A program made the position numbers and the translations under genes. A stretch of DNA of 64,000 bases from Phoronis australis. Taxonomy: Eukaryota > Animalia > Phoronida. Location: positions 1,198,442-1,262,441 of the forward strand of contig NMRA01000006.1 in the NCBI GenBank assembly GCA_002633005.1, read 5' to 3'. The notes beneath the pieces were generated by a model. The model was not told the origin of the DNA. It made no database searches and saw only the letters and a list, made by a program, of their open reading frames with translations. Positions within the stretch are counted from its first letter, which is position 1. The number at the start of each line of letters is the position of its first letter. Shown piece by piece: positions 1-12,064 of the stretch.

Positions 1-979
1 ACAGACCCTCAAATTGCATCATAGAATCCACTTTGCAGGCACAATAATGAAGGGTTTTAGCTAAACAATGTTTTTAATCTCTCACAATAGTACGAGTCAC
101 ACATCATCAAATTTGACCATTTAGTCCTTTGTCCACCACAATGAATAGACGAGAAGAGCACTGCTTAATGACTGTTCTTAGATGAGTTGTTGATGACACT
201 GAATAATTCTGATGGGGTAGCTGTTCAAACTTGGTCTGCTTGAGACTGCTTGTGAGGGGAGTGCACCGTGCATGACAAGTTCATCAGTGAAAAGACACTT
301 GCCTGTATGTTTCTATGCTCCGCCGCATGGCTTTTCGTAATTTTCCGCTTATAGAACTTGTTGGTGTGCCATTTTGAGCTGTAGACGAATGGAAGTTGTC
401 TTTTAGTTTTGTGTTTTTAATACGTGAGGGTGAAATATTGCAAAACTGGTTCTCGTACTCTGTATGTGGCACTTGCTTTATAAGGAAACCACCTTGTGAT
501 GTTTCTGGTGTCACCGTGTCTGGTGGCCTTGTGACTAAAGTCAGTGGGTTTGAGGTTGTCTGAGATTAAAATAATGAGGATAATTTTTGATGGCTCAAAG
601 GGGAATTTTTTGACCTAACGAGAGTATTTTTGCATGATTTTTTAATATTTTTGAGAGGGAAATGGGGCTGATATTAGGCCCCGATTTCAAGAGATCAAAG
701 GCGTTATAATGCTGATAGAATTTGAGTTTTTACTTCATACCTTTCTGCCATTACATGGGTCCCATGACCATGTCTTTTTCATGAAATTTAAAACAAAAAA
801 GAAAGGTACATTTGTAGTAAAACCAATGGTTTCAATGACATGACCAAATTTTATTTGGTTGTATACAAAATTTAAGATGAGATCTCAAAAACGCTTTTCC
901 AGTTTTTGGTTATACTGGTCAGTTTCTTGCATTGTCCAACCACATTGTATTGTCAACTGAAATTTAATTTCTAATTTAG

Positions 980-2824
980 GTATTGCCTGATGTCATGGAA
1001 GAAAACTACTGTCATGTGTCGACAATACAACAAGAATGTGTTACTGACCTGAAAGATGGAGATTTGCTTGTGACCGAGTGTGGGGAGCATCATGCTGATG
1101 GCCTACGTGTGGTGTATGGCATAAAATATGCCAGTGCTAATACTGTTGGCAGTCCAAGTATGGGTAGTGGTCGAGGGAGTTCTGTCATGTTTGGGCAACA
1201 TCATCAGGACAGCCTGAATATGGGCGGCAGTGTAGAACATGATACTGCTGGAAGTTTAAGTGAGTCCTGTGATAGAGAAATATCTATCAAGCAAGAGTTG
1301 AATGAAGATCTAGTTGAGTGTGAAGGAGGTGGATATGCTGTTGGTAACAATTTATTTGTACCAACTGAGTTCAATCTGGAGTGTGATGAATACAACAATG
1401 TGGGGGATCGAAGAAGCTTTGAATCTCTGTCAAAGGAGACTTGTTATGGTGCAACACAACCATGCAATTGCAATGAATGTGTTGAGGTGGTCACACACCA
1501 GAGCCATCTGTTGGAGCATTCAGAAACAACTACCGGGGAGAATCCCTACGTCTCTAATGTTTGTGGAGAGTCGTTTCCATGCAAGTGTGGTATTGTCCAC
1601 TCAAACACAAATGCCAGTATGAAACTGTGCAAGGGTGTTTGTAGAAAATTAGTTTATAAAAACAGTGAACATGTGAGGCATTCCACCCATACACCATACA
1701 GTTGTACTGTACGTGGAAAGTCCTTTGAGAAAAATTGTGTTCTTACACATACAAAAATGCAAATTACAGATATTCTTGATACAGTGACTGGAGAACATTC
1801 TAGTAGGAGTCTGTATAGGTGCACTGTTTGTGGAAAATCATTTAAATACAACAGTGCTTTTGTTATTCATAAAAGAATACACTCTGGGGAGAAACCATTT
1901 ATGTGTTCTTTATGCGGAAAGTCCTATGGCCGAAAAGCTCATCTCATTAATCACTTCAGAACACACACTAATGAAAAGCCATACAGCTGTTCTTGGTGTG
2001 AAAAGTCCTTTACCCGAAGTGATAGTCTTGTTAAGCACATGAGAACTCACAAAGATATACAACCACGTTACCTGTGTACTGTGTGTGGTGATTCCTTTTC
2101 GTCAAATGGTAATCTTGTTGTTCACATGACAGCACATTCTGGTGAGAGACCATATGAATGTACCGCATGTGGAAAGTCTTTCAAACGAAGGAGTCATCTC
2201 ATTTCTCACTCAAGAACACATACTCTTGAGAGGCCGTACAAATGTACTATGTGTGAAAAGTCGTTTACACGAGCCGACAGTCTTGTAAAGCACAGAAGGT
2301 TGCACACTGGCGAGAGACCATACAAGTGCACTGTTTGCGAAAAATCTTTTAATCAAAAAAGTACACTCCATACACACAGAAGAAGGAGGCACGCTACTGA
2401 GAGACCATACAAGTGTGCTGTGTGTGGAAAGTCTTTCGCAGAGAATAGAGATCTGACTAGTCATGTAAGACTACATACTGGTGACATGCCCTACAACTGT
2501 GGTGTGTGTTTGAAGTCCTTTAAAACAAATGATGCTCTTCTTGTTCACAGAAAGTTTCACACTTCTGAAAGGTCGCACAGGTGTTCTGTGTGTAGAAAAG
2601 GTTTTAAATCTGGTGCTTACCTTATGGTTCACAGAAGAACACATACTAGTGATAGACCTTACACGTGCACTTTGTGTGAAAAGTCCTTCAAGGAGAAGAG
2701 CGCCCTTGTTTGTCACTCAACAATACACACTGGTGAGAAACCATATGAGTGTAATTTGTGTAAAAAGTCTTTCAGGCAGAAGGGTTCTCTTGTTAGGCAT
2801 ATGAGAGTTCACACTTGTGAATGA
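980..2824 (+). CDS. Tandem C2H2 (Kruppel-type) zinc-finger protein, large terminal exon; 12 intact fingers
   Basis: ORF 983-2824 has 12 CxxC-x12-HxxxH fingers with TGEKPY/TGERPY-type linkers. Acceptor 'ctaatttag' ends at 979 and puts 980 in frame (GTA TTG CCT), so upstream exons probably lie before the window. Stop TGA 2822-2824; AATAAA at 3811. Confidence 0.92.
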   Translation, partial: VLPDVMEENYCHVSTIQQECVTDLKDGDLLVTECGEHHADGLRVVYGIKYASANTVGSPSMGSGRGSSVMFGQHHQDSLNMGGSVEHDTAGSLSESCDREISIKQELNEDLVECEGGGYAVGNNLFVPTEFNLECDEYNNVGDRRSFESLSKETCYGATQPCNCNECVEVVTHQSHLLEHSETTTGENPYVSNVCGESFPCKCGIVHSNTNASMKLCKGVCRKLVYKNSEHVRHSTHTPYSCTVRGKSFEKNCVLTHTKMQITDILDTVTGEHSSRSLYRCTVCGKSFKYNSAFVIHKRIHSGEKPFMCSLCGKSYGRKAHLINHFRTHTNEKPYSCSWCEKSFTRSDSLVKHMRTHKDIQPRYLCTVCGDSFSSNGNLVVHMTAHSGERPYECTACGKSFKRRSHLISHSRTHTLERPYKCTMCEKSFTRADSLVKHRRLHTGERPYKCTVCEKSFNQKSTLHTHRRRRHATERPYKCAVCGKSFAENRDLTSHVRLHTGDMPYNCGVCLKSFKTNDALLVHRKFHTSERSHRCSVCRKGFKSGAYLMVHRRTHTSDRPYTCTLCEKSFKEKSALVCHSTIHTGEKPYECNLCKKSFRQKGSLVRHMRVHTCE

Positions 2825-4544
2825 TTCTTTGTTCAGATGTGTTGTTCTTAAAGATACTCTTTTGGGATGATTTCAGTTTAAAAACTGCGTGAAAAGTCTG
2901 TTAAGGCAAGTATGTTTAGTGGAAACCCAAATAACGCTCATTCAACACAACTCCCAATAATTTTAAACTTAACCGAATTTAACTTTTTAGATAAATTTTA
3001 ATTTATTTTTGGTGGTGCACCACAACCACCTAAAATGGCCACTGTAGTGATTGCCAGCTGACTCGTCCGTTATGAGTATTCATTCAATTGCCGTCATATG
3101 TTATGAGGTTTTTTGCCTTTTGAACCTCATCCATTCGTGAGTATCTTTAAGACAGACTAGACAACAAGACTCTCTCATCTGGAAGGTATATTGTTATGGG
3201 ATCTATATTGTTCCATCAGATGTGCATGCAGATATACATTGATGGCCCCAGATGGAAAATGCCTGGCGGCTATTTTACTGTTGTCCCACCATGCTTCATA
3301 AATACCAATTAGGTGTGTGTAGTTGATTGTCAGGACTTTGTTTAAATCGTTTATGTATGTCTTATTCATGTGATATATAACTTTTGAGAAATTGTGATGA
3401 AAAAATAATGCATTTGAATGTATATGTATACACATTTGAGTGATTTGTGTTTCAGTCAATCTGGTGACGATTTTCAGGTTATTTGCACCTGATGAGACTG
3501 TGGTGTGGCTATGTCTTTCTGCATAGCTCCAGCAATTGTCCATACTGGCTACAAATCGGCTGAATGACAAGTTTGAACTATTGACTAAGTGCAGTTAATA
3601 CCCAGTTCTACTGCTGGCTGGATGAAGTAGTAGTTGTGACAGTGTGAAATACACATAATTACCTTCTTTGTGTATCAGATCTCGTAGTCTAATTATCTTT
3701 GATGACCATAGTCCTGTCAGGCTGTGCTCTGGCTTGTGAAAATTTTGTGTAAATAGGTGATGCTAATGTTATTGTTTTTATACCAACTCTAACAGTCCTG
3801 TTCACAGGCTAATAAAACGCAACAACAACAACAAACCTAAAGTGACTTAAAATTCATATTTTGTTTACTGTGTACATATTTTTATTTCTCTCATGTTGCA
3901 TATGGGTATACTTGACCATGTTTTGACCGAGGTGAAACTGGAAATTAGGATATTCTCCCATTTTGAGTCTGAATTCGGAAAAGTTGACCCATAGTTCTGG
4001 AGCTTCTTGTTAGGGCTTTGTTCCAGAAAAGCTACTCATTTGTAGGGATCAACTTCGTCGAATTAACCATTTTAATTTTGTATGTTTAACCCATTAAGTT
4101 TTTAAAAACAGTATAGACTGGGGAGACGGCATGTTACATATAGGTAACATATTTAACATATTTTTTTGTAGATTTGTGTAGTCCGACAGGTAACTTTTTG
4201 AAATCAGAATTCTTAAAAGTAAATGGTTCGTAGTCGATTAAATCGAAAAATATAGAGATTTGTTTTCTTTAGAACAACATCCTTTCGCAGGGAAAGCTGT
4301 TGAATGTGAAAAGTCGCCCGTCTGAGTAACATTTCCCGTGTATCTCTATGGGATCGATTGTATCCTGGAAGTGAACACGTGATCTAATTTTGACACCATA
4401 TACAAATAACGCAAAATTCGATCATAGAAATACACCCGGCTTGCGATCGGTCTACTCGTCTTTTTGTTACTTAGAATCATTTAGTTTCAAAAGACTCGTT
4501 GGGAGGTTCCGGTATGTCAGATATTGAGCGTAGTATTGCGTCCC

Positions 4545-4647
4545 GGGTTCTTTGTGTCCCGGGTTCTATGTGTCCCTGTTTATGGATTTCGGTCTCAACG
4601 CGTCCCATTTTATGGATTCCGGGCTCTATGTGTTCCGTGTTCTATGT
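4545..4647. repeat. Short degenerate ~16-bp tandem repeat (gtcccgggttctatgt-like)
   Basis: Repeated 'cccgggttct(t/a)tgtgt' and 'tttatggatt' units read directly. Confidence 0.55.
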
Positions 4648-4661
4648 GGAAGAAAGTCAGG

Positions 4662-4889
4662 TGCATCAACTGGGAATCGAACCACAGGTCCCACCGGCGG
4701 ATCCAGGATTTTAGTTTGGGGGGGGCAGGGCAGAGTATTAGCCAGGATTTTGCCCGTCAGATATTCGCATCCCCGAACTGCCAAATGGGATCTGGGAGAG
4801 TTTAGTGGGCATGGCCCCCTCTAAATCCGCCACTGGGTCCCGCGGGCCAGATTGCCAGTCGGGTGCACTTACCACTAAGCTACTGAGGA
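4662..4889 (-). pseudogene. tRNA-like sequence (pseudo-tRNA or tRNA-derived SINE head) interrupted by a MITE
   Basis: With 4692-4835 and one ggtcc copy removed, the minus strand reads tcctcag-TAGCTTAGTGG-taagtgca-cccga-ctGGCaa-tctgg...GGTTCGATTCC-cagttgatgca: Pol III A and B boxes and an imperfect cloverleaf. Confidence 0.6.
4692..4835. mobile_element. CAGTGGCGGAT-ended MITE (hAT-like non-autonomous element)
   Basis: Ends caccggcggatcc ... aaatccgccactg match the TIR of the 5601 element; 'ggtcc' on both flanks. Confidence 0.65.
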
Positions 4890-5600
4890 TCCTCAAATCT
4901 GTGCATTGCCTGTCGCCAGCTGTGAAGTTATACCTCCCATGAATGGCGTCCAATCTTTCTCACATGATATTTTGTCAAGTAAATCAGCAATTTAGCAGTA
5001 TTGTAATCCAGACAGTATCACATGGACACCCATATAGGGAAGTAATGACATGATCAAAATTTTTCTGTGCGCGAAACTGCACTTTTGCATCCGATCTCGA
5101 CGAAGAAAAACGGACTATAGATTTAAAGAAGATACGTGTTATTTGTAATTAAGTAACGTATTGTTTTTATGCATCCTTATGGGATCCTGGTCGTTGTCAA
5201 GTCAATTAACCAATGCCCCCAGATTTTATTTTCCAGTTTTTATCCACATGTCGGCGCAAAGCTGTATATTTAGTATACAGCTTTGTACCAAGGCTAACCG
5301 GGGCTATCCGTTGCTATGCGATGTCTCTCCCCTCACTAGTAAGACACCTTTCTCGAAGACGTCGAACAACCAGGACCCATACAAAAGGCATGGCGAGCCT
5401 TTTACAACAGTATGGGAAGCAGAAAAAACAAGAACTGCTGATACAGTGATAAAATGCGATGTTAACTTTTCACAATGTAGCAAAGCAATGATATGAGCAG
5501 CTCGCGGGTTCCCTACGTGCCTGGCCAGCACGCAGGTATCACGCAGTGACACGCGCTTTAGCATTGGTTGATGTAATCTCAGCAGTCATTGGTCAGCTTT

Positions 5601-5754
5601 CAGTGGCGGATCTAGGATATCACGATGGAGGCAACACCCCCTCCCGACCTCCCCCCATTCGGTGCTATGCGCATCTACAATCGTGCTTTGCGCAAATGTT
5701 TACAGACAAAATAATGGACCTCCTCCTCCTTGTGATATCCTAGATCCGCCACTG
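5601..5754. mobile_element. MITE with perfect 23-bp TIRs (hAT-like)
   Basis: cagtggcggatctaggatatcac (5601-5623) is the exact reverse complement of 5732-5754. The 8-bp flanks tcagcttt / tccactta match at 5 of 8. The interior is homologous to ~14620-14718. Confidence 0.85.
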
Positions 5755-6370
5755 TCCACTTATGATAAATGCGCGCATAAGCTCACAGTTATTCCACGAA
5801 CAGCTGACTGATGTCAAGAGGGATGTGTGATCGCACTTCGAATATGAGGTCGACATCATTATATGAGGCAAGCCAAAGAAGCAAGAGATTTCCCAAATAG
5901 AAATCCAAGTGCATTTTAGAATATATTTTAATACTACGATACCCGTGTAACTAATTTTAAACACCAGTTGCCTCTTAATCGGGCTGCTGCTTGAAGTCGC
6001 CATTGTTTTGTTCATATTAAATATCAAAGGTCACATTTCCATACATAAGTGTAATGTGCTACGTCTATGTCTTGCCATACCAAATAAGGAGACGTGCTTT
6101 GCCTTGTCTGAGAAAAATCATCGAAGTGAGGGGCAGTTGACCGATTGTTTTTTGAAATTTGAAACTAAAAAACAAAAATGCTTTGACATCAACAGAAATT
6201 CAAAATTTTTACGAAAAAAAAACGTAGAAATATCTGGTACCTCGTTGAATTCTGTTTTAGTGGCAGAGAACCACTTTGAATGATACAATTTAGTCTGTTT
6301 TTTCATTCCAAGATACACCAGGCCTCTTAGAACCTTCTTTCTACAATAATGAAATGGGACCGTAAGACCA

Positions 6371-6613
6371 TGAGTCCGTTACAAGAAAATGACTTAAGTT
6401 CATTTTTTACTTAAGTCTAAGATTTGTCTTAACTTCTAAACTTTGCAACTGCCACATGCAGTAAGACAGTCAAAATTAAGACAAAACTTTTATCAAACTC
6501 AAACTTAAGATCTCTTTCTTTAAACGATCTTGAGACAAATTTAAGTTTTATGTTAAAATTTACTTAAAGTTAAGATTTGCCTTACCTAAGTCAGTTTTTT
6601 TGGAACGGACCCC
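6371..6613. mobile_element. MITE with imperfect TIRs (PIF/Harbinger-like)
   Basis: gagtccgttacaagaaaatgacttaag vs reverse complement ggggtccgttccaaaaaaaactgacttagg; interior rich in cttaag repeats. Confidence 0.55.
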
Positions 6614-7419
6614 ATATTTCTGTCTTAAGTCCCCAGTGTCCGATTTCATGACACAATCCCGAATAGGAAATCGTGTAAGTTCCCTGAATCTTTTACGTAT
6701 TTGTTCGTTCTTTACTCACAGAGTTACTGTTTGACTAAAAACATTTTGTAATAAATAAATATAACTTAAACCTAACCCCTTAATTCAGTGAAAATACATA
6801 GGACATTATTCCTTAAATTAAAGACGTTGAATGACAACATCCCTTCTTATTTTCAATAATATTGAGAATTCAACGTAGACTTCATCATTTGTATCAAAGT
6901 CAAAAAATGAATGCTTTATGAGATTCAAACAGCATAAAAAATACAGTCAGCGTTTTCAGAAGCACTTAAAAGCGCAGGAAATATAGAAAACTTAGTTGAG
7001 TCTCTTTGGCGTTGTTTTATGTACGCAGGCACAGGGTTTACATCCGTTTGGTTACCTTTCTACCTCACTTGAAGGTCTGAAACGCTGATAATTTCTAATC
7101 TGAAAGCACCATGATTACTATTTTGGTCACGGTATATTTTATTCATTAGATAAAGCAGTATATAGCATTCTTAACAGCCTACTAACATGACGAGTTGAAA
7201 ATATGGACATTTCAGAATTCTTTCTTCTACGTTGATAAGGTAAACGAATAACCTCTGCATGAGAATACTGGTATGCATCAAACACAACGAAACTAATATC
7301 AACCAGCCAGATCGGGTACACAATAAGGTCGTCATAGCGACTACCGCGTAGCGAATGAGAAGTTATAACTATGCAATCGCTAACGACATGTTTTATTAGG
7401 ATCTGACGCTTTCAATGAG

Positions 7420-7678
7420 ATGGAGTCCGAAGTTGTATTTGATTTAGAAAACAACTCGCTTTCTTACGTACCTTTTGTAAAGCGTGAACCGTTCGTGGCC
7501 GCGGTGTATTTGACATTTTTGACGTTGGCATCACTGTCTGGCATTATCGGCAACATGTTACTTATTGCCAGCGTTCTCACGTACAAAAGTTTGCGACAAG
7601 TGGGAAACATGTTCATCGTTAACCTCGCTGTCACCGATCTGATTATCTGTGGATTTGTGGATGTCATGAATATACTGG
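7420..7678 (+). CDS. Melatonin-receptor-like class A GPCR, exon 1 (N-terminus, TM1-TM2)
   Basis: GIIGNMLLIASV (TM1 GN) and NMFIVNLAVTDL (TM2 LAxxD); phase-1 donor G|gtaag at 7678/7679. Confidence 0.88.
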
Positions 7679-8214
7679 GTAAGTTTTCTTTATTGTTCAC
7701 ATTTCTTTTTTTTTGAAAAACGCTTTTAGTGTAAGTGTCTATTTTTTGACTTTGAAAAAAACAAAAAGTCCTTGCGCGTTTCAGTAACTTAGTAGGTGTA
7801 TGCAATATGACTTGGTTTCTGCTATGTATTCTTTAATCCTTGATTGGAAATGAATATGAAACCCGTTTTGAAACAATTACGCTGAAGTGCGCAGCGTGAG
7901 TGAAAGTACACTACACCGGCGACGAAGGGTGCATGTCTTGAAAGTCGAGTTTTTAATATGATTCGTCTTTTTATCCATTATATAGAAAGTACCAGCACAG
8001 TGCACTAAACGATTTTCTGAAATATGTCATACAAAATCGTTCACGCAAACTCCGTCTCTCCCGCTCCACTACAAACCTTCGTTGCGCCTTTTCGGCACCG
8101 CCTTGGTCCCAGGTAGTGCACCGGCCTTCTATTTAGGTTCGAAATGTTCTTTTTTTCTCGCGGGCTGTTTTTTCGGGGACGCGGTGGGAGGATGGCCACT
8201 TTCGTATTGGCCTT

Positions 8215-8292
8215 GGTGACGTCAGTCCGTCGCCTCAACGGTCTGGTGACGTCAGTCCGTCGCCTCAACGGTCTGGGTGACGTCAGTCCGTC
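8215..8292. repeat. 30-bp tandem repeat, ~2.5 copies, each with TGACGTCA
   Basis: ggtgacgtcagtccgtcgcctcaacggtct repeated in the GPCR intron. Confidence 0.85.
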
Positions 8293-9719
8293 GACTAATT
8301 TCCCTCCCTCCGGCTTCCGTCACGCATATACTTCTTCGGGCCAGTCGCCGCCAAAATTAATGGTGTCATTAAAAACTTAACTTTTTCTTGAATAAACTTA
8401 ATTATTTACCGATGTTGGAAATATTGGCGTTCTACCGTTATTTTGCTGCTAAAATTGTGGTGGAGGTCAGGGTCAGCTTTCGGCGCCATTGCGTCACCTA
8501 TTGGCCAATTTCCCCGGTTATTCAATCAACTGTTCTTCTCTTCCACGAGGTTGTGTAGCCTACACTCATGACAATCGGAACTGGTTTCATTTCGTTACAA
8601 GTTTTTAGTATTTTAATACCAGCAAACCCATTTTGCTGTGAAGCTGTCATCATCTGAGTCCCTAGAAATATCGCAAAATTTCAGTAGGAAACGACGACAG
8701 ATTCATCTTTGTTGATAAAAGGCGGGGTATTACGCAAAAATGACCTTCAATAAATTGTTTTTTTTTACTTAAACGACTGAAGTTGAGAGACGGTTGATTG
8801 TCAGATTCTGCATGCACACCCGCCGGTCGTTAGCTCCGGCTATGACGTAAGTTTCACGACGATGTGACGAGTTGAGCTACCCGGGTTCTGTGAAGTTTCA
8901 GTCGGTGTCTAGCTACCTGATGTGACTTTTGTAAATACATCATACACTTTGTGTACAATGCCAGTGTTTTTAAATGCTTCCATAGTTTTCACTTTAAAGA
9001 ATAGCTGATTGCCGTACATATATGTTTATGAAAGAAAAAAATATTTGCACTGCCTGCATGGGAAAGTATCCCGCAGCCGCTCACCGTGCCTAAATCAGTG
9101 ACAGAAATTCTGGTTAAAGCTTTAAAATAAAACGGTCTCTTCAAGAAATAATCCTGTCTCTTGCGATGAATACTGATGTTCACTTGAAGGTGTAGCTGCA
9201 CGTACTACCCGTGCATATAAAAGCACAGGTAGTAATGATTAAGCGGCAATAAACCCGTAGTTTCTGTCAAAAACAAGTTTTGATTTACCACCTGGCCTAA
9301 AATCGGCCTGGCCTTGTTCCTTATGGCGTATAGGCTGTGCTTAGGGAGAATTGACAGTTTGATATTTCTTTGGACCAGATTCATAAAATTTCAGGTCATG
9401 TCGTGATCTGAAATTTTATCGTCTTGGATTAAGGAAAAGGCGAACTGTTCTTTTCGAGACTACGTATCTCTTACGACTATAAAAGAGTAAGTGTCCTAAA
9501 TCAAAAGCTGTTTTTGACAGAAAGCGCGAGATTAACACCACTTTTATATTCTGCAACATGTAGCTGAATTTTTGAGAGCATTTAGCTTTGAATTGTTCGT
9601 TCAAAACTCTCTGTACGCTTGAACTTCTTCTTGAGGGCGGGTTTTTAATTTGATTTAGTTACGAGGAGAATCAAAACTGCTCATTTGGCACAACACACTT
9701 TTACGTGTTCGTGACAGTA

Positions 9720-9828
9720 ATTATATAATAATAATAATAATGTAATGACAATGATAATGATATAATAATTTTATTAATAATAATACTGATAATAATAGTG
9801 ATAATGATAATGATAATAATATTATTAT
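9720..9828. repeat. (AAT/GAT)n low-complexity microsatellite
   Basis: Run of ataata/atgata units. Confidence 0.8.
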
Positions 9829-9917
9829 TTGTTGTTGGTCTGATCTGAATTATTCAAGAATTAATTCTTGAAGTTTTTAAGATAGCTTGGAAAAAATATG
9901 ATTTTTATCATTTTCAG

Positions 9918-10669
9918 GAATTCTTCTAGGACCTGCTATGTATCGCAATAGCTCCATCTTCTGCGACTTCGTTGGCTTCGTATGCATGATAAGTTGCTAC
10001 AATTCGCTTCTCACTATAGCAGTCATTGCTGTGAATCGATACATTCACGCCTGTCACTTTTCATCTTACAAGTCCGTCTTCAACATGCGCTACACGGCCA
10101 TCTTGTGCGCGATGGTATGGCTTACCGCCGCTGCCGTACCCATAGCTCTTTTGGCTGGATGGGGAGGTTATAGCTTCGATAAGAAGTCGTTCACGTGTAT
10201 TTGGGACAGAACGCGTGAATTTTCCGTCACCTTGACCTTTGGACTCACTGGAGTGGGAATTCCTGTGTTCGCTATTTCTGCTTGCTACTACAAGATTTAC
10301 TCGTTTACTAAATCGGCAAGAGATAAAACCAAGCCTGCATTCAACGATACTTATGACGAAAAGAGGAAAAGACAAGAGCGATGCGACTCCACAAGACTTA
10401 CTAAAACTTCGTTTTTTGTTTTCCTTGCTCTTATTGTTCTTTGGAGCCCTTACGCGATCGTCGTGAACTACGATTTCATTGATATGCTACCGCACTCAGT
10501 CCACGCGGTCGTTTTGTACTTAGCGCATAGCAACTCCAGTATCAAACCGTGGATATACGTGATGACCAACAAACAGTTTCGACAAGGATTCAAGCATACC
10601 ATTCGAGTGTACATCATTCGTCAAAAAGAGACCAGCAATGAAAGTGTGGAATGCATGAATGACAACTAA
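9918..10669 (+). CDS. Melatonin-receptor-like class A GPCR, exon 2 (TM3-TM7, C-tail); spliced product 336 aa
   Basis: Acceptor ttttcag at 9917 is phase-compatible with exon 1. NRYIHACH resembles the melatonin-receptor NRYxxICH; TM6 WSPY; TM7 NSSIKPWIY; helix 8 NKQFR; stop TAA 10669. Ligand not established. Confidence 0.88.
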
Positions 10670-12064
10670 ACTGCATAACGTCTCCTCTCAAATAGCAACC
10701 TCTGTGACCTGCCAGTCCCTGAATATAAACATCATTGGGCGTAAACTACTTCGACCTCGCCAAACTTTTGTCCCTTACCCGTGGTCTCTAATTTCAGATT
10801 CACTCTATCGCCACCACCTCCACCCCCTGGTGGTAGTCCAGTCGCATCTCCGCCATAAACGTGCACACTTGGATGTTTGGGAGGGAAACCGGAGGTAAAT
10901 GCTACAGAACTGACCGAATTTCACTGTCCTATGTCAAAATTGACTGAGACAATAGCATGCTTGCCGATATCTGACGGGCACCTGTGTGGGAGGACGCAAG
11001 CGTGTTTAGGTGCAAACTATCGACGTCAAGTTGGAAATACGTTTAGATTTTTAAGCTTGCCATAGGGGCCGATATACTACACGACCGGGCATTACCTTAC
11101 AGAGCTTCATAACAAGGTTTTGTTTAGAAAACTTGTGACTACGTATATGTAAACCAAAGGACCAAAAGTATATTCGAAAGCAAGATTCTCAGCATATGAA
11201 ACAAAATGTGTACTTATTAAACGCAGTACAAATTTGAATACTGAGACGAGCAGCTGTTCACGATGACTCTTCTATGATATTTTTAGCAAGTTCCGTTAAA
11301 TGCGTCAACAATGCACAACACTATCGCGAACCAAAATAATGGAGGTGCAAGATTTTTACACAAGCATTTTGTATTCTAAGTTTAGAAAATATGATTAAGA
11401 CAGTGAAGAAGACGAGCAGTACACAGTGTCTATTTTGTTACGTACAAGTTCATTAAGACTGACGGTAAATATAAGGGGCAAAACTAAGCCTTTGAACTAG
11501 CAAGTAGCAATGTATAATGCATACAGAAGAATGCAACAGTCAGGCCACAGACTTCTGTGTACATCCTGCGGGGCGTACATGTAGCTAGGACGGAGAGAGA
11601 TTTGTCTTGTGCGGAACCCTCTCCAGAGAGGAGGAGGGGGGAGGGAGAGGCGACACAACAATTCGTGATGATCGGCACTAAACATTTTAGCATCATAAAT
11701 ATTACATAGATCCATTCAAGTAAGTCAGGCAAACGCTTTTTAATTAATAATCCACTGGTGCCACCTGCCGCTCCGAAGTGTTGTACCAGAGGGTTCCAGT
11801 TCAATCCAGCAGCCATTCTATTACTGCTTATGAATTTCTGTAATTAGCCTACATCACGTTTCGTCTCTTATAGTTGCTAAACTTAAATTGAAACATTAGA
11901 ACGTTCTAGAAACCATGTGTAAGCAAGGGGGGTTACATATATCAACCTTGACAAATATCCGTGGCGTCGGCGCATTGAATTTTGGAATTAAATGCTGAAT
12001 GACGTCAATATGAACATGTGTCTTAAAACGCTACGCAATATTGCCACAAGTCAAACTTTAATAA

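Noticed and set aside
7420-10669. GPCR as an opsin
   Set aside because: The retinal-binding position 7.43 is His; the Lys is at 7.49.
10862-10900. gggagggaaaccggag SINE-core-like motif after the GPCR
   Set aside because: Too short and degraded to define an element.
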